This document shows, one piece after another, positions 9,144-17,254 of a stretch of 64,000 nt of DNA. Position 1 is the first letter of the stretch; every line of letters begins with the position of its first letter. The translations under genes and the position numbers were made by a program. Source of the DNA: Acidimicrobiales bacterium (GTDB lineage: Bacteria > Actinomycetota > Acidimicrobiia > Acidimicrobiales > RAAP-2); assembly GCA_049513455.1 (NCBI GenBank), contig JBEKWB010000015.1:4029-68028 (forward strand), in the 5' to 3' direction. A model generated the notes under the pieces. The model was not told the DNA's origin and ran no database searches. It saw only the letters and a program-made list of their open reading frames with translations.

Positions 9144-10139
9144 ATGGTGCCCGAAAACATCGACTACGAGATGCACCTCGAAACCCCGACACTTGACCAC
9201 TACCGGTTGGAGTGGGCGCCTTCCCAGCACGTCCGGCTGGGCGGGATGTGGGCCCCAGGGATCGTGACTGACGCGTCAGGGCAGGACTACCTGGGTCTGC
9301 GCGGCTGGAGCGACTTTATCGGGGGCATGACCCATACGGTGTCGCCGTTCTGCGGCTTTCGCGCGCTTCGAAAGGACCTCTACGAGGACCCACCGCACCT
9401 GTACGCCGAATACTCGCACCACGACTGGTTCGAGCCCTTCCAGTACGACGATACCAACGGGCAACTGACGATGAGCTACGACAGCGGGCGCTTGCAACGA
9501 GACGTTGACGGCTTACACTGGTACGACGCTGACGGCCGCTGGGAGCTCCACGGCGAAACCATCAGCAAGATCTTCGTGCTCCACGTTCCTCGCCAGGACG
9601 GCATCGAGAACGAGGTCTACTACCGCCACGAGCTACTGAAGGCGCGTGGAACCGTCAGCGGCGCATCCGTCGAGGGTTACCTCCACCAGGACTACTGCTA
9701 CGGGCCACCCGGCTTCACCTACACCCAGCTGCCAATCGCCCGCCAGCTCGAAGGCTTATGGGTCTCCTGGATCCACGAATACACCGACGGTGAGGTGGGC
9801 GGCGGCTGTTTTTGGCAGGGCCGTGACAGCCCGAACTTCGGCCCGGGCTACCTCTTGCATGATGGCGAAACGACTGTGTACAGCGATGTAGCAGCCAAGT
9901 TGACCTTCAACGATGACGGTAAGCCCACGGCCATGCGTGTTGACGTCGGGGGCCAGTCGTTCGACTTCACCTTCGAATCGGTAGCGGGGCCACTCCATTT
10001 CATGGGCCGACTGGCCAGTAGCTCGTCGGGCAAAGAGGCCATTAGGAGCTGGTGCTGGATCGAGTACCCCAACGGCATGTTGTCACCGGAGATTCTCGAC
10101 ATGATGGGCCAGAAGTTCCACGTCGTGTGGGCGCGATAG
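9144..10139 (+). CDS. hypothetical protein, Trp/Tyr/His-rich, function unknown
   Basis: 331-aa ORF with a strong RBS AAAGGAGGA 6-14 nt upstream of ATG 9144. Coding-like GC3 bias. I recognise no family motif. Last gene of the P450 operon. Confidence 0.65.
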   Translation: MVPENIDYEMHLETPTLDHYRLEWAPSQHVRLGGMWAPGIVTDASGQDYLGLRGWSDFIGGMTHTVSPFCGFRALRKDLYEDPPHLYAEYSHHDWFEPFQYDDTNGQLTMSYDSGRLQRDVDGLHWYDADGRWELHGETISKIFVLHVPRQDGIENEVYYRHELLKARGTVSGASVEGYLHQDYCYGPPGFTYTQLPIARQLEGLWVSWIHEYTDGEVGGGCFWQGRDSPNFGPGYLLHDGETTVYSDVAAKLTFNDDGKPTAMRVDVGGQSFDFTFESVAGPLHFMGRLASSSSGKEAIRSWCWIEYPNGMLSPEILDMMGQKFHVVWAR

Positions 10140-10221
10140 AGCGGTTGGGAGGAGACTCTCGTGCACAGCAAAGCTGCCGACCTAAACAGGCGTAACGCCA
10201 AACGGGGTCCAGGCCTTCGAG

Positions 10222-10263
10222 TGCGCCCCTCGGGATTCGAACCCGAAACCTGCGGATTAAGAG
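10222..10263 (-). other. 3' half of a tRNA-Lys(CUU)-like gene (anticodon loop to discriminator); not a complete tRNA
   Basis: The reverse complement reads CTCTTAA TCCGC AGGTT TCGGG TTCGAAT CCCGA GGGGCGC A. The sequence 5' of the loop (TCCGA) cannot pair with TCCGC, and no D-arm or 5' acceptor strand is present. Confidence 0.6.
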
Positions 10264-10540
10264 TCGGAAGCAGGGGAGTCCGTGGAGTGCGTCCGAGTCT
10301 GTGACCTGCGGTTACGTCTAACGATAGTCCATTAGAATTGGCTGAATCCACCCTGTTTTCTTGAGATAGTGGGTTGGATTCTGGGGAGAAAATTGTGGGA
10401 TGACGCTCCGGGGTCGAGGGTTTCTCCCAGGTGGGAGCACTCGACCTCTTCGCAGCAACCTCTTGCGACGTCCAGGAATTAGGTGTATCCGGGTCGCGTT
10501 GGACAGGGTCTCTCCCGTGGGGGAGTGTCTCCGTTATCGG

Positions 10541-11248
10541 TCATGACCCGGTCGTCTTTCGAGGTACGCGCCTCGTGGGTCTCGACGAATGCGTATTCCC
10601 GGTCGGGCTCGCCAGGCGCCGTTCCAGGTCCGTGAAGGTTCTGATCAGCTCGGGTGCCTCGAAGGCACGATTTCTGCGTCCTACGTTGACCTGCGCCAGG
10701 ACGCCGGCTCCGACGAGTCGGGTGATCGCCTGGTTCGTCGCTTGAAACGTGCGCCCGATGAGTGCGGCAGCTCCATTGACGGTGACGATCGGCGCTCCTG
10801 GCAAGGAGCGGATCAACCGGTCGGTGGCAGATCCCGCACGCACCTGACCCAGCGCGGCTCGCCATTTTTCCTGCAGCCGGACGACCTGTTCCTCGAACTC
10901 GATTGCGTCATCTATCGCCCGACGTCCCGCCGTCGCGAAGAGACCCACCCACTTGTTCATTCCCTCCACCGCCGCCGGTGAGGACGGAGCTCCGATGTAG
11001 CGAGTAGCCGTGAGTGGGCTGATGCAGTCCTTGGACCACGTCGCGAGCAGGTCGGTCAGCAGGTCCTCGACGGCTTCGTGAGGCGGGGGAACGAACGCGG
11101 CAGAGCAGGGGTTGTAGCTGCTCCCACCGATCCAGATCTGTTCTCCTCTGAGCCGTCCTCCGTACTCGGCGGCGGTCAGGGAGTGACCGAACAGCGCCTG
11201 GACCGCTCGTCTTCCAACCGGCCCGCCGGAATCGACCGAACAGCCCGA
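10541..11248 (-). pseudogene. decayed Fic/DOC-family gene (core Fic motif missing, no start codon, upstream in-frame stop)
   Basis: Manual translation of the frame containing the 142-aa ORF extends upstream without a start: ..AVQALFGHSLTAAEYGGRLRGEQIWIGGSSYNPCSAAFVPPPHEAVEDLLTDLLATWSKD.., which resembles a Fic N-domain. It then jumps to the C-terminal winged-helix part (APIVTVNGAAALIGRTFQATNQAITRLVGAGVLAQVNVGRRNRAFEAPELI). No HPFxxGNGR block is present. TGA at 11249-11251 closes the frame upstream. Confidence 0.55.
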
Positions 11249-11510
11249 TCATCCCAGGCTGGGTAACCACGCCAGGGTGTCGAGGTCGGCGAGCTCCGTC
11301 ACTCCGCTTGGTCACGCATCTATCGACATTATCTTGACCATGGCTCAGAATGACGAACACGAAGCGGGTGCCCCAAACGGCTCGTTGTCGCCACCGCCCG
11401 GCAGCACCGACCTGGGGTATCGCCTGCGACGGGCCATTTCCAACCACGGGATTCATTGGCGCGCTAACTGATGGAGTGTTAGGAAATACGGGACGGCCAA
11501 GTACCCCGAG

Positions 11511-12548
11511 GTGACGAGGACTGTGGATCTGGATCCATCAAACGAACAGAGTCTCCTCATTGAGGCCTTCGACGCGCTGTACGCCAAGTGGGCGACTCCC
11601 GAACGGGTGCGCGGAGCGGAGCCAGTTGGCTTCGACGCCGATCTGTGGCAGCAGCTGCTGCAGATCGGTGCGCTCGGGATGGGTGTCCCAGTGGAGCAAG
11701 GCGGCATGGGCGCGTCGCTACTGGACCTGGAGCTCGTGGCGGAGCGTCACGGGCGCCATCTCGCCCCGGCGCCCATGCTCGAATCACAAGCCGCGGCCCG
11801 ATTGCTGGCCCGGTGCGAGGGTGCCGCCGCGTCAGACCTCCTCGCAACCATCATGGCCGGGGAGCAGATGGTGACTCTGGCGCTGCACCCCGTCCGGGCA
11901 GAATCGCTGACCATGGTGCCCGGCGGCTCCGTGGCCGATGTCGTCCTCGCCCTCGACGGTGACCGAGTGCTCGGCGTGCCGCTGGCAGGCAACCGGCGAT
12001 CGGTACCCAATTTGGGCAGCCTATCTCTGAGCGACGTTCTGGTGCCTGCCACGACTATGGAACTCGCCCGTGGCGCGGACGCTCGTACGGTCTACGCTTC
12101 CGCTGCCGACGAATGGATGGTGTTAATGGGGGGTGCACTCGCCGGATTAGCCCAGCGCGCGCTCGAAATCGGAGTGGATTACGTGAAGCAACGAGAGGCG
12201 TTCGGTGTGCCGATCGGCTCCTTCCAGGGGGTGGCTCATCCGCTGGCGGACTCGGCCACCGCCGTGGATGGGGCGTTGTTGTTGGCGCGTAAGGCGGCTT
12301 GGGCTGGTGAGGCCTCGCCCGATCGGAGCGCCGAGTTGGCGGCCATGTCCTTCGCTTTCGCGTCCGAAGCGGCACGCGATGCGAGTTACCGGAGCCTCCA
12401 CTTTCACGGTGGGTACGGATTCATGATGGAGTACGACGTCCAGCTCTACTTCCGGCGTGCCAAGGCATGGCCGGCGGTCTTGCGCGAGCCGCGGCGGACG
12501 TACGAGCTGGTAGCCAGTCGGCGGCGGGGGTGGGGGAATGGACTTTGA
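11511..12548 (+). CDS. acyl-CoA dehydrogenase family protein, short beta-type subunit candidate
   Basis: 345-aa ORF with the ACAD fold (GMGVPVEQGGMG, AFGVPIGSFQGVAHPLAD, FHGGYGF). The C-terminus (QLYFRRAKAWPAVL) lacks the (Y/I)xGGTxEIQ/EGT segment. 11-nt overlap with the next ACAD. Confidence 0.8.
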   Translation: MTRTVDLDPSNEQSLLIEAFDALYAKWATPERVRGAEPVGFDADLWQQLLQIGALGMGVPVEQGGMGASLLDLELVAERHGRHLAPAPMLESQAAARLLARCEGAAASDLLATIMAGEQMVTLALHPVRAESLTMVPGGSVADVVLALDGDRVLGVPLAGNRRSVPNLGSLSLSDVLVPATTMELARGADARTVYASAADEWMVLMGGALAGLAQRALEIGVDYVKQREAFGVPIGSFQGVAHPLADSATAVDGALLLARKAAWAGEASPDRSAELAAMSFAFASEAARDASYRSLHFHGGYGFMMEYDVQLYFRRAKAWPAVLREPRRTYELVASRRRGWGNGL

Positions 12549-13701
12549 GATCGAAGAGAGAGGCGAGGCACTGCGCCAGGAGGTGCGTAAGTTCCTCTCT
12601 GAGGCATTGACGCCCGACGTGAAGGAGAAGATTCGGCGCACGGGTACCCACCACGACGACGGGTTCCAGAAGGCTCTGGCTGCCCGCGGTTGGATGGCCC
12701 CGGGCTGGCCTGTCGAGCTGGGGGGCCAGGGGCAGGACCCGCTCGATCTGCTGGCTTTCAACGAGGAACTCGAGCTGGCAGGCGCGCCCATGTATGGCCC
12801 CCAGACCACGCTGATGGTAGCCAACGCAGTCGCCCAGTTCGGTACCGAGCAGCAGAAGGCAGACATAATCGAGCCATCGCTGCGCGGTGCGGTGGTATTC
12901 GTTCTCGGATTCAGCGAGCCCGGTTGCGGGTCCGATGTCGCGGCTGCCAAGACACGGGCCGAGCGCGAGGGTGACGAGTGGATCATCAATGGCGCCAAAA
13001 TGTTCACCACGAACGCGCACGTGGGTGACTGCGTGCTGTTGCTGGCCCGGACCGATCCGAACCGTCCCAAGCACCAGGGACTCACGATGTTCGTGGTCCC
13101 GCTGGACAGCCCGGGCATCGAGATCCGTCCGATCTACACGCTCTCAGGTGAGCGCACGAACCTGACCTTTTACACCGACGTGCGGGTGCCGGACTCGCTC
13201 CGGATCGGTGGGGTGAACGACGGCTGGCGGGTCCTCACCTTCAGCCTGGCCGAGGAACGCTCGGGAGCCTTCGGAGGAGAGTCGGAACGTCTTTTGCAGC
13301 GGATGGAGGCATGGGCGGAAACCGGTGACGCGGCGGGCCGGCCTCACCACGAGAGCCCTGATGTCCGAGAGCGCCTCGGACGGGCGGCAACCGAGAACGA
13401 AGTGATTAGGCTCCTGTCGTGGCGCAACGCGTGGATGAGTGCGCGCGGTCGGCTGCCCGGGGTCGAGGGCTCCATGGCCAAGCTCTTCTCGTCCGAGGCG
13501 ATCACACGCCAGGGTGCGGATCTGGTGGACATGCTCGGCCCCGACGGCATCAGGCTCCAGGGGGATCCGGATGCGCCGGCCGATGGTGAGGCCGAGTGGG
13601 CCCTGCGCTACGCGCTGGGCACGACGACCTACGGCGGGACGAGTGAGATACAACGTGGCATCATCGCTGAGCGTGGGCTTGGTCTGCCCCGGTCTCGCTA
13701 A
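12538..13701 (+). CDS. acyl-CoA dehydrogenase, alpha-type partner of 11511-12548
   Basis: 387-aa ORF with FSEPGCGSDVAAAKTRA, WIINGAKMFTTNAH and TYGGTSEIQRGIIAERGLGLPRS. Confidence 0.9.
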   Translation: MDFEIEERGEALRQEVRKFLSEALTPDVKEKIRRTGTHHDDGFQKALAARGWMAPGWPVELGGQGQDPLDLLAFNEELELAGAPMYGPQTTLMVANAVAQFGTEQQKADIIEPSLRGAVVFVLGFSEPGCGSDVAAAKTRAEREGDEWIINGAKMFTTNAHVGDCVLLLARTDPNRPKHQGLTMFVVPLDSPGIEIRPIYTLSGERTNLTFYTDVRVPDSLRIGGVNDGWRVLTFSLAEERSGAFGGESERLLQRMEAWAETGDAAGRPHHESPDVRERLGRAATENEVIRLLSWRNAWMSARGRLPGVEGSMAKLFSSEAITRQGADLVDMLGPDGIRLQGDPDAPADGEAEWALRYALGTTTYGGTSEIQRGIIAERGLGLPRSR

Positions 13702-13738
13702 CCATCAATGAGTCGCCCCTCGCTGACGCTGCGAAGGC

Positions 13739-14527
13739 TCAGCGCTCCGAACGTTGTGCGACCTGCCGAACCTTGAACCGCTCGACGGCTTCGGCATGCT
13801 CCGGAATCCGCATTGAGTGCAACTCAAGGCCAAGAGATGTCTCGAGGAGCTCGCCGGTGGCCCAGCGCTGGTAGCGGTTGATGATCATTTTGGTCGCTCG
13901 AACGGCGTACAACGGCCGGGCGGCGAGATCGCGCGCGCATGCATACGTATGCTCGGCCAGCTGTTCCGATGGGAAGGCCCCGTTTACCAAATGGGCTGCG
14001 GCAGCTTCGGCGCCGCTCACGAGATGACCGCGCAAGACGAAGTCCTTCGTGCGCATCGGTCCAGCGTTGAGCAGGAGCGGGATCATGGCGCCGTCCCCAG
14101 CCAATACGCCTAGGAGAACGTGGGTGTCGCCGATGGGAGCATCATCGGCCGCATAGACAATGTCACACGACATGGCCAGCGTTGCGCCCAACCCGACCGC
14201 GGCCCCATTGACCATGGCCAAGACAGGCTTCTCGGTCGCGAGCAGCACCTGGGTCAGGTGCCAATCCCTATGCAGGACACCGTCGACCGTCGGGCTTTCC
14301 CCCATGTTGCCCACGTCTCCGCCGGAGCAGAAGGCCCGTCCAGCTCCAGTGAGGACGATGCATCCTGTCGAAGGCTCGGCGTCGGCCTCGGCGAGAGTGG
14401 CAATGAGTTGCCTTGTCATTTCCGCACCGATGGCGTTGAGGCGATCAGGTTGATTCAGGGTAACCGTGCTGACGCCCTCTTGATGGTCCAGCAGCATGAG
14501 AGGTTCGGCCGACGCCTCAACCGTCAC
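13739..14527 (-). CDS. enoyl-CoA hydratase/isomerase (crotonase) family
   Basis: 262-aa ORF with VTLNQPDRLNA, LTGAGRAFCSGGD and MVNGAAVGLG. Confidence 0.9.
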   Translation of the reverse strand: MTVEASAEPLMLLDHQEGVSTVTLNQPDRLNAIGAEMTRQLIATLAEADAEPSTGCIVLTGAGRAFCSGGDVGNMGESPTVDGVLHRDWHLTQVLLATEKPVLAMVNGAAVGLGATLAMSCDIVYAADDAPIGDTHVLLGVLAGDGAMIPLLLNAGPMRTKDFVLRGHLVSGAEAAAAHLVNGAFPSEQLAEHTYACARDLAARPLYAVRATKMIINRYQRWATGELLETSLGLELHSMRIPEHAEAVERFKVRQVAQRSER

Positions 14528-14607
14528 GTCCTCTCCCGCCTTCCTTGCCGATCGTCGCCCCTGAGCGCGGCATAGCCATCACGCATTCACCCAGGTCATT
14601 ATGGAGT

Positions 14608-14621
14608 GTTGTCTGGGCACG
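14608..14621. promoter_or_regulatory. weak match (10/14) to the recurrent CTTGTCCGGACAAG palindrome
   Basis: GTTGTCTGGGCACG in the divergent ECH/ACAD intergenic region. Weakest site, listed for completeness. Confidence 0.2.
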
Positions 14622-14719
14622 CCAATCATGCCAGATTATGGCCCTCGGGCCTACACGAATGCGTGCAAGCTGAATTCACATAAGGCATCGGGCGGCAGAG
14701 GTGCCAGCAATTGGGAGGG

Positions 14720-15865
14720 ATGATGGATCTGAGATTTTCGCCCGAGCAGGAATCGTTCCGGTCCGAGGTGCGGCAGTGGATGGCAGCGCACGTACCGACC
14801 GAAGCCGAGCCGACCGACCGGGCGGCCCTCATCGAATATCAGCGGGCGTGGCAGGCGGAGTTGGCCAAGGAGTCGTTCGTCGCCGTGCACTTCCCCGTCG
14901 AATTCGGTGGACGCGGCATGGGGTGGACTGAGAGCTACGTGGTCCAGGAGGAGATGGCACTGGCCCGGGCGCCCGAGATCGTCAACCGGGTGGCGGTGAA
15001 CCTCGTCGGCCCCACTCTGATCGAACACGGGACCACAGCACAGCGAGAGCGTTTTCTGCGCCCGATCATTACCGCAGAGGACATTTGGTGCCAGCTCTTC
15101 AGCGAGCCAGGCGCCGGTTCGGACCTGGCCTCTTTGCAGACCACGGCGGTTCGCCAGGACGGCGGTTGGCGTGTCAACGGGCAAAAGGTATGGGCCAGCA
15201 ACGCCCAGTACGCTGACTACGGTGTGCTCTTGGCTCGAACGGGTGCGTCAGAGCGGGGCCGGCCGGAAATCGGCTACTTCCTGTTCGATATGCGTCAACC
15301 GGGCGTGGAGGTCCGCCCACTGCGGCAGATGACCGGTGACGCAGACTTCAATGAGGTGTTCCTCGACAACGCCTGGGTGGGCGACGACGCAGTCGTCGGT
15401 GATCCGGCCCAGGGTTGGGGTGTGATGAAAACCACCTTGGGGTACGAGCGCAGCACCTCGCCGCGCCAGCTCATCATCCATTCTGTACTGCTTGAAGAGC
15501 TTCTCGAGGAGGCTCGGCAGCGTGTGCAGACACCAGACATCCGTCAACGGCTGGCCCGTCTCTACGCTGAGCTCCGGATCTACCGCCTCCATCTCTACCG
15601 GACGCTGAGTGATCTCGAGGCCGGGAGGCCACCGGGCGCGGCCAGCTCGGTCATCAAGCTCTTCTGGAGCGAGATGGCACAGCGCATGCACGAGGTTTCC
15701 CTGGACATGCTGGGGCTCGTAGGGATCGCCTCAGCATCGAAGCGCAGCCGCAACTATGTCTACTATCGGGCGTGCACGATCTTCGCCGGCACGTCAGAGA
15801 TCCAACGCAACACCCTCGCCGAGCAGGCGCTCGGGCTCCCTCGCGAGCCACGCCCGGCGACGTGA
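14720..15865 (+). CDS. acyl-CoA dehydrogenase
   Basis: ATG at 14720 after GGGAGGG. MMDLRFSPEQESFR.., FSEPGAGSDLASLQTTA, WRVNGQKVWASNA, IFAGTSEIQRNTLAEQALGLPREP. The ORF track begins at TTG 14711. Confidence 0.9.
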   Translation: MMDLRFSPEQESFRSEVRQWMAAHVPTEAEPTDRAALIEYQRAWQAELAKESFVAVHFPVEFGGRGMGWTESYVVQEEMALARAPEIVNRVAVNLVGPTLIEHGTTAQRERFLRPIITAEDIWCQLFSEPGAGSDLASLQTTAVRQDGGWRVNGQKVWASNAQYADYGVLLARTGASERGRPEIGYFLFDMRQPGVEVRPLRQMTGDADFNEVFLDNAWVGDDAVVGDPAQGWGVMKTTLGYERSTSPRQLIIHSVLLEELLEEARQRVQTPDIRQRLARLYAELRIYRLHLYRTLSDLEAGRPPGAASSVIKLFWSEMAQRMHEVSLDMLGLVGIASASKRSRNYVYYRACTIFAGTSEIQRNTLAEQALGLPREPRPAT

Positions 15866-16041
15866 GCGGGGCAGGCCCTCCCGGCCTCCTCTCGTTGACA
15901 GGGCTTCGTAACTAACATAGATTCAGGAGCCGCGCGGGTCCGCGACGGGATAGAGGTAGGGCGTACCGGAGACCCGACTGCGGAGGTCGAGGATCGGAGC
16001 GGTGCGCCGAGCAGACCGGTTCGGGGGGATCTTTCTTCCCG

Positions 16042-17253
16042 ATGTTGAGGAAAGTGAAATCGACTATGGCTGTGGATCTCGGATACAAGATGTTCGATTC
16101 GGACAACCACCTCTACGAGGGGACCGACGCCTTTACCCGATACCTCGACCCACAGTATCGCGACGAGTTCAAGTGGGTCAGCGACGATCGGGGCCGTCGC
16201 TACATCATCCTGCACGGCAAATTCTGGCCATACATCGGCATTCCCACCTTTGACCCGGTCTCGATCCCCGGCAGTATGGAGCTGATGTACAAAGGCAAGC
16301 TGACCAAGCGCGAGCTGGGGGAGGCCGCTCCCGTCCTGATGGAGCCATTGCGCAACCGACCCGAGTACCAGAACCGCGAAGCGCGCATCGCCCGACTCGA
16401 CGAGCAGGGCATTGAGGCGTGCTGGATGTTCCCCACCATGGTCTCGGGGATTGAGGTGCAGACCAGTGATGATCTCGGGCTGACCTACGCCCTGACCAAT
16501 GCTTTGAACCACTGGCTTCTCGAGGAGTGGGGATTCCACCACCAAGAGCGCATGTTCGTCACCCCGGCGGTGTCGCTGGCCGACCCCGAGCAAGCCCAGC
16601 GCCAGCTGGAGTTCGCCATTGAGCACGGCGCCAAGGGCGTCATGATGCGCCCGGCGCCCGTGCCCACGGAAATGGGTCCCCGCTCGCCGGGCCGACCGAT
16701 GTTCGATCGATTCTGGGGCCGAGCGGCTGAGGCGGGTATGGCCATCTTGTGCCACGCCGGTGACACCGGCTACCAGCGCTATTCCGGGGACTGGACCGGA
16801 AATTACGAGATGCAACCCTACAAGACATCGGTACCGCAGACTGACTGGATCTACGTCGAAGGACGCGCTCCCTCCGACTTCATCCTGTCCCTGATCGCGC
16901 ACGGGGCGATCGATCGGCATCCGAACTTGCAGGTGGTATCCGTGGAAAGCGGGGGACACTGGGTTCCGGGTCTCATCAAGGCCATGAAGAAGTACTACAC
17001 GCACTACCCCGAGTCGTTCTTCGGCGATCCCATCGAGCAGTTCGACAACAACGTGTGGATCTCGCCGTTCTGGGAGGACGACATTGAGGAACTCGCGGCC
17101 GTGATGCCGGTCGAGCACATTCTGGCCGGGTCGGATTGGCCGCACCCCGAAGGCCTGGCTGATCCCACTGATTTTGTAAAGGGGCTGGACGCCTTCAACG
17201 AGGCTGATCAGCGCAAGATCATGCGGGAAAACGGGCTGAGCCTGGTGCGCTGA
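16042..17253 (+). CDS. amidohydrolase-2 (metal-dependent hydrolase/decarboxylase) family protein
   Basis: 403-aa ORF with KMFDSDNHLYE near the N-terminus and C-terminal LAGSDWPHPEG. An alternative start at ATG 16066 (MAVDLGYK) is equally plausible. Confidence 0.8.
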   Translation: MLRKVKSTMAVDLGYKMFDSDNHLYEGTDAFTRYLDPQYRDEFKWVSDDRGRRYIILHGKFWPYIGIPTFDPVSIPGSMELMYKGKLTKRELGEAAPVLMEPLRNRPEYQNREARIARLDEQGIEACWMFPTMVSGIEVQTSDDLGLTYALTNALNHWLLEEWGFHHQERMFVTPAVSLADPEQAQRQLEFAIEHGAKGVMMRPAPVPTEMGPRSPGRPMFDRFWGRAAEAGMAILCHAGDTGYQRYSGDWTGNYEMQPYKTSVPQTDWIYVEGRAPSDFILSLIAHGAIDRHPNLQVVSVESGGHWVPGLIKAMKKYYTHYPESFFGDPIEQFDNNVWISPFWEDDIEELAAVMPVEHILAGSDWPHPEGLADPTDFVKGLDAFNEADQRKIMRENGLSLVR

Positions 17254-17254
17254 A

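Noticed and set aside
10219-10345. Possible complete tRNA or tmRNA on the minus strand
   Set aside because: T-arm, acceptor 3' strand, variable loop and anticodon loop are present. The would-be 5' anticodon stem (TCCGA) does not pair with TCCGC, there is no D-arm of proper length, and no GCGCCCC 5' acceptor strand. The acceptor is not Ala-like, so it is not tmRNA. Kept only as a 3' fragment.
10541-10969. The 142-aa ORF as an active Fic/DOC toxin or antitoxin-like regulator
   Set aside because: It corresponds only to the C-terminal winged-helix part of Fic proteins. The catalytic HPFxxGNGR motif is absent and the upstream homologous region has no start codon. Treated as a pseudogene remnant.
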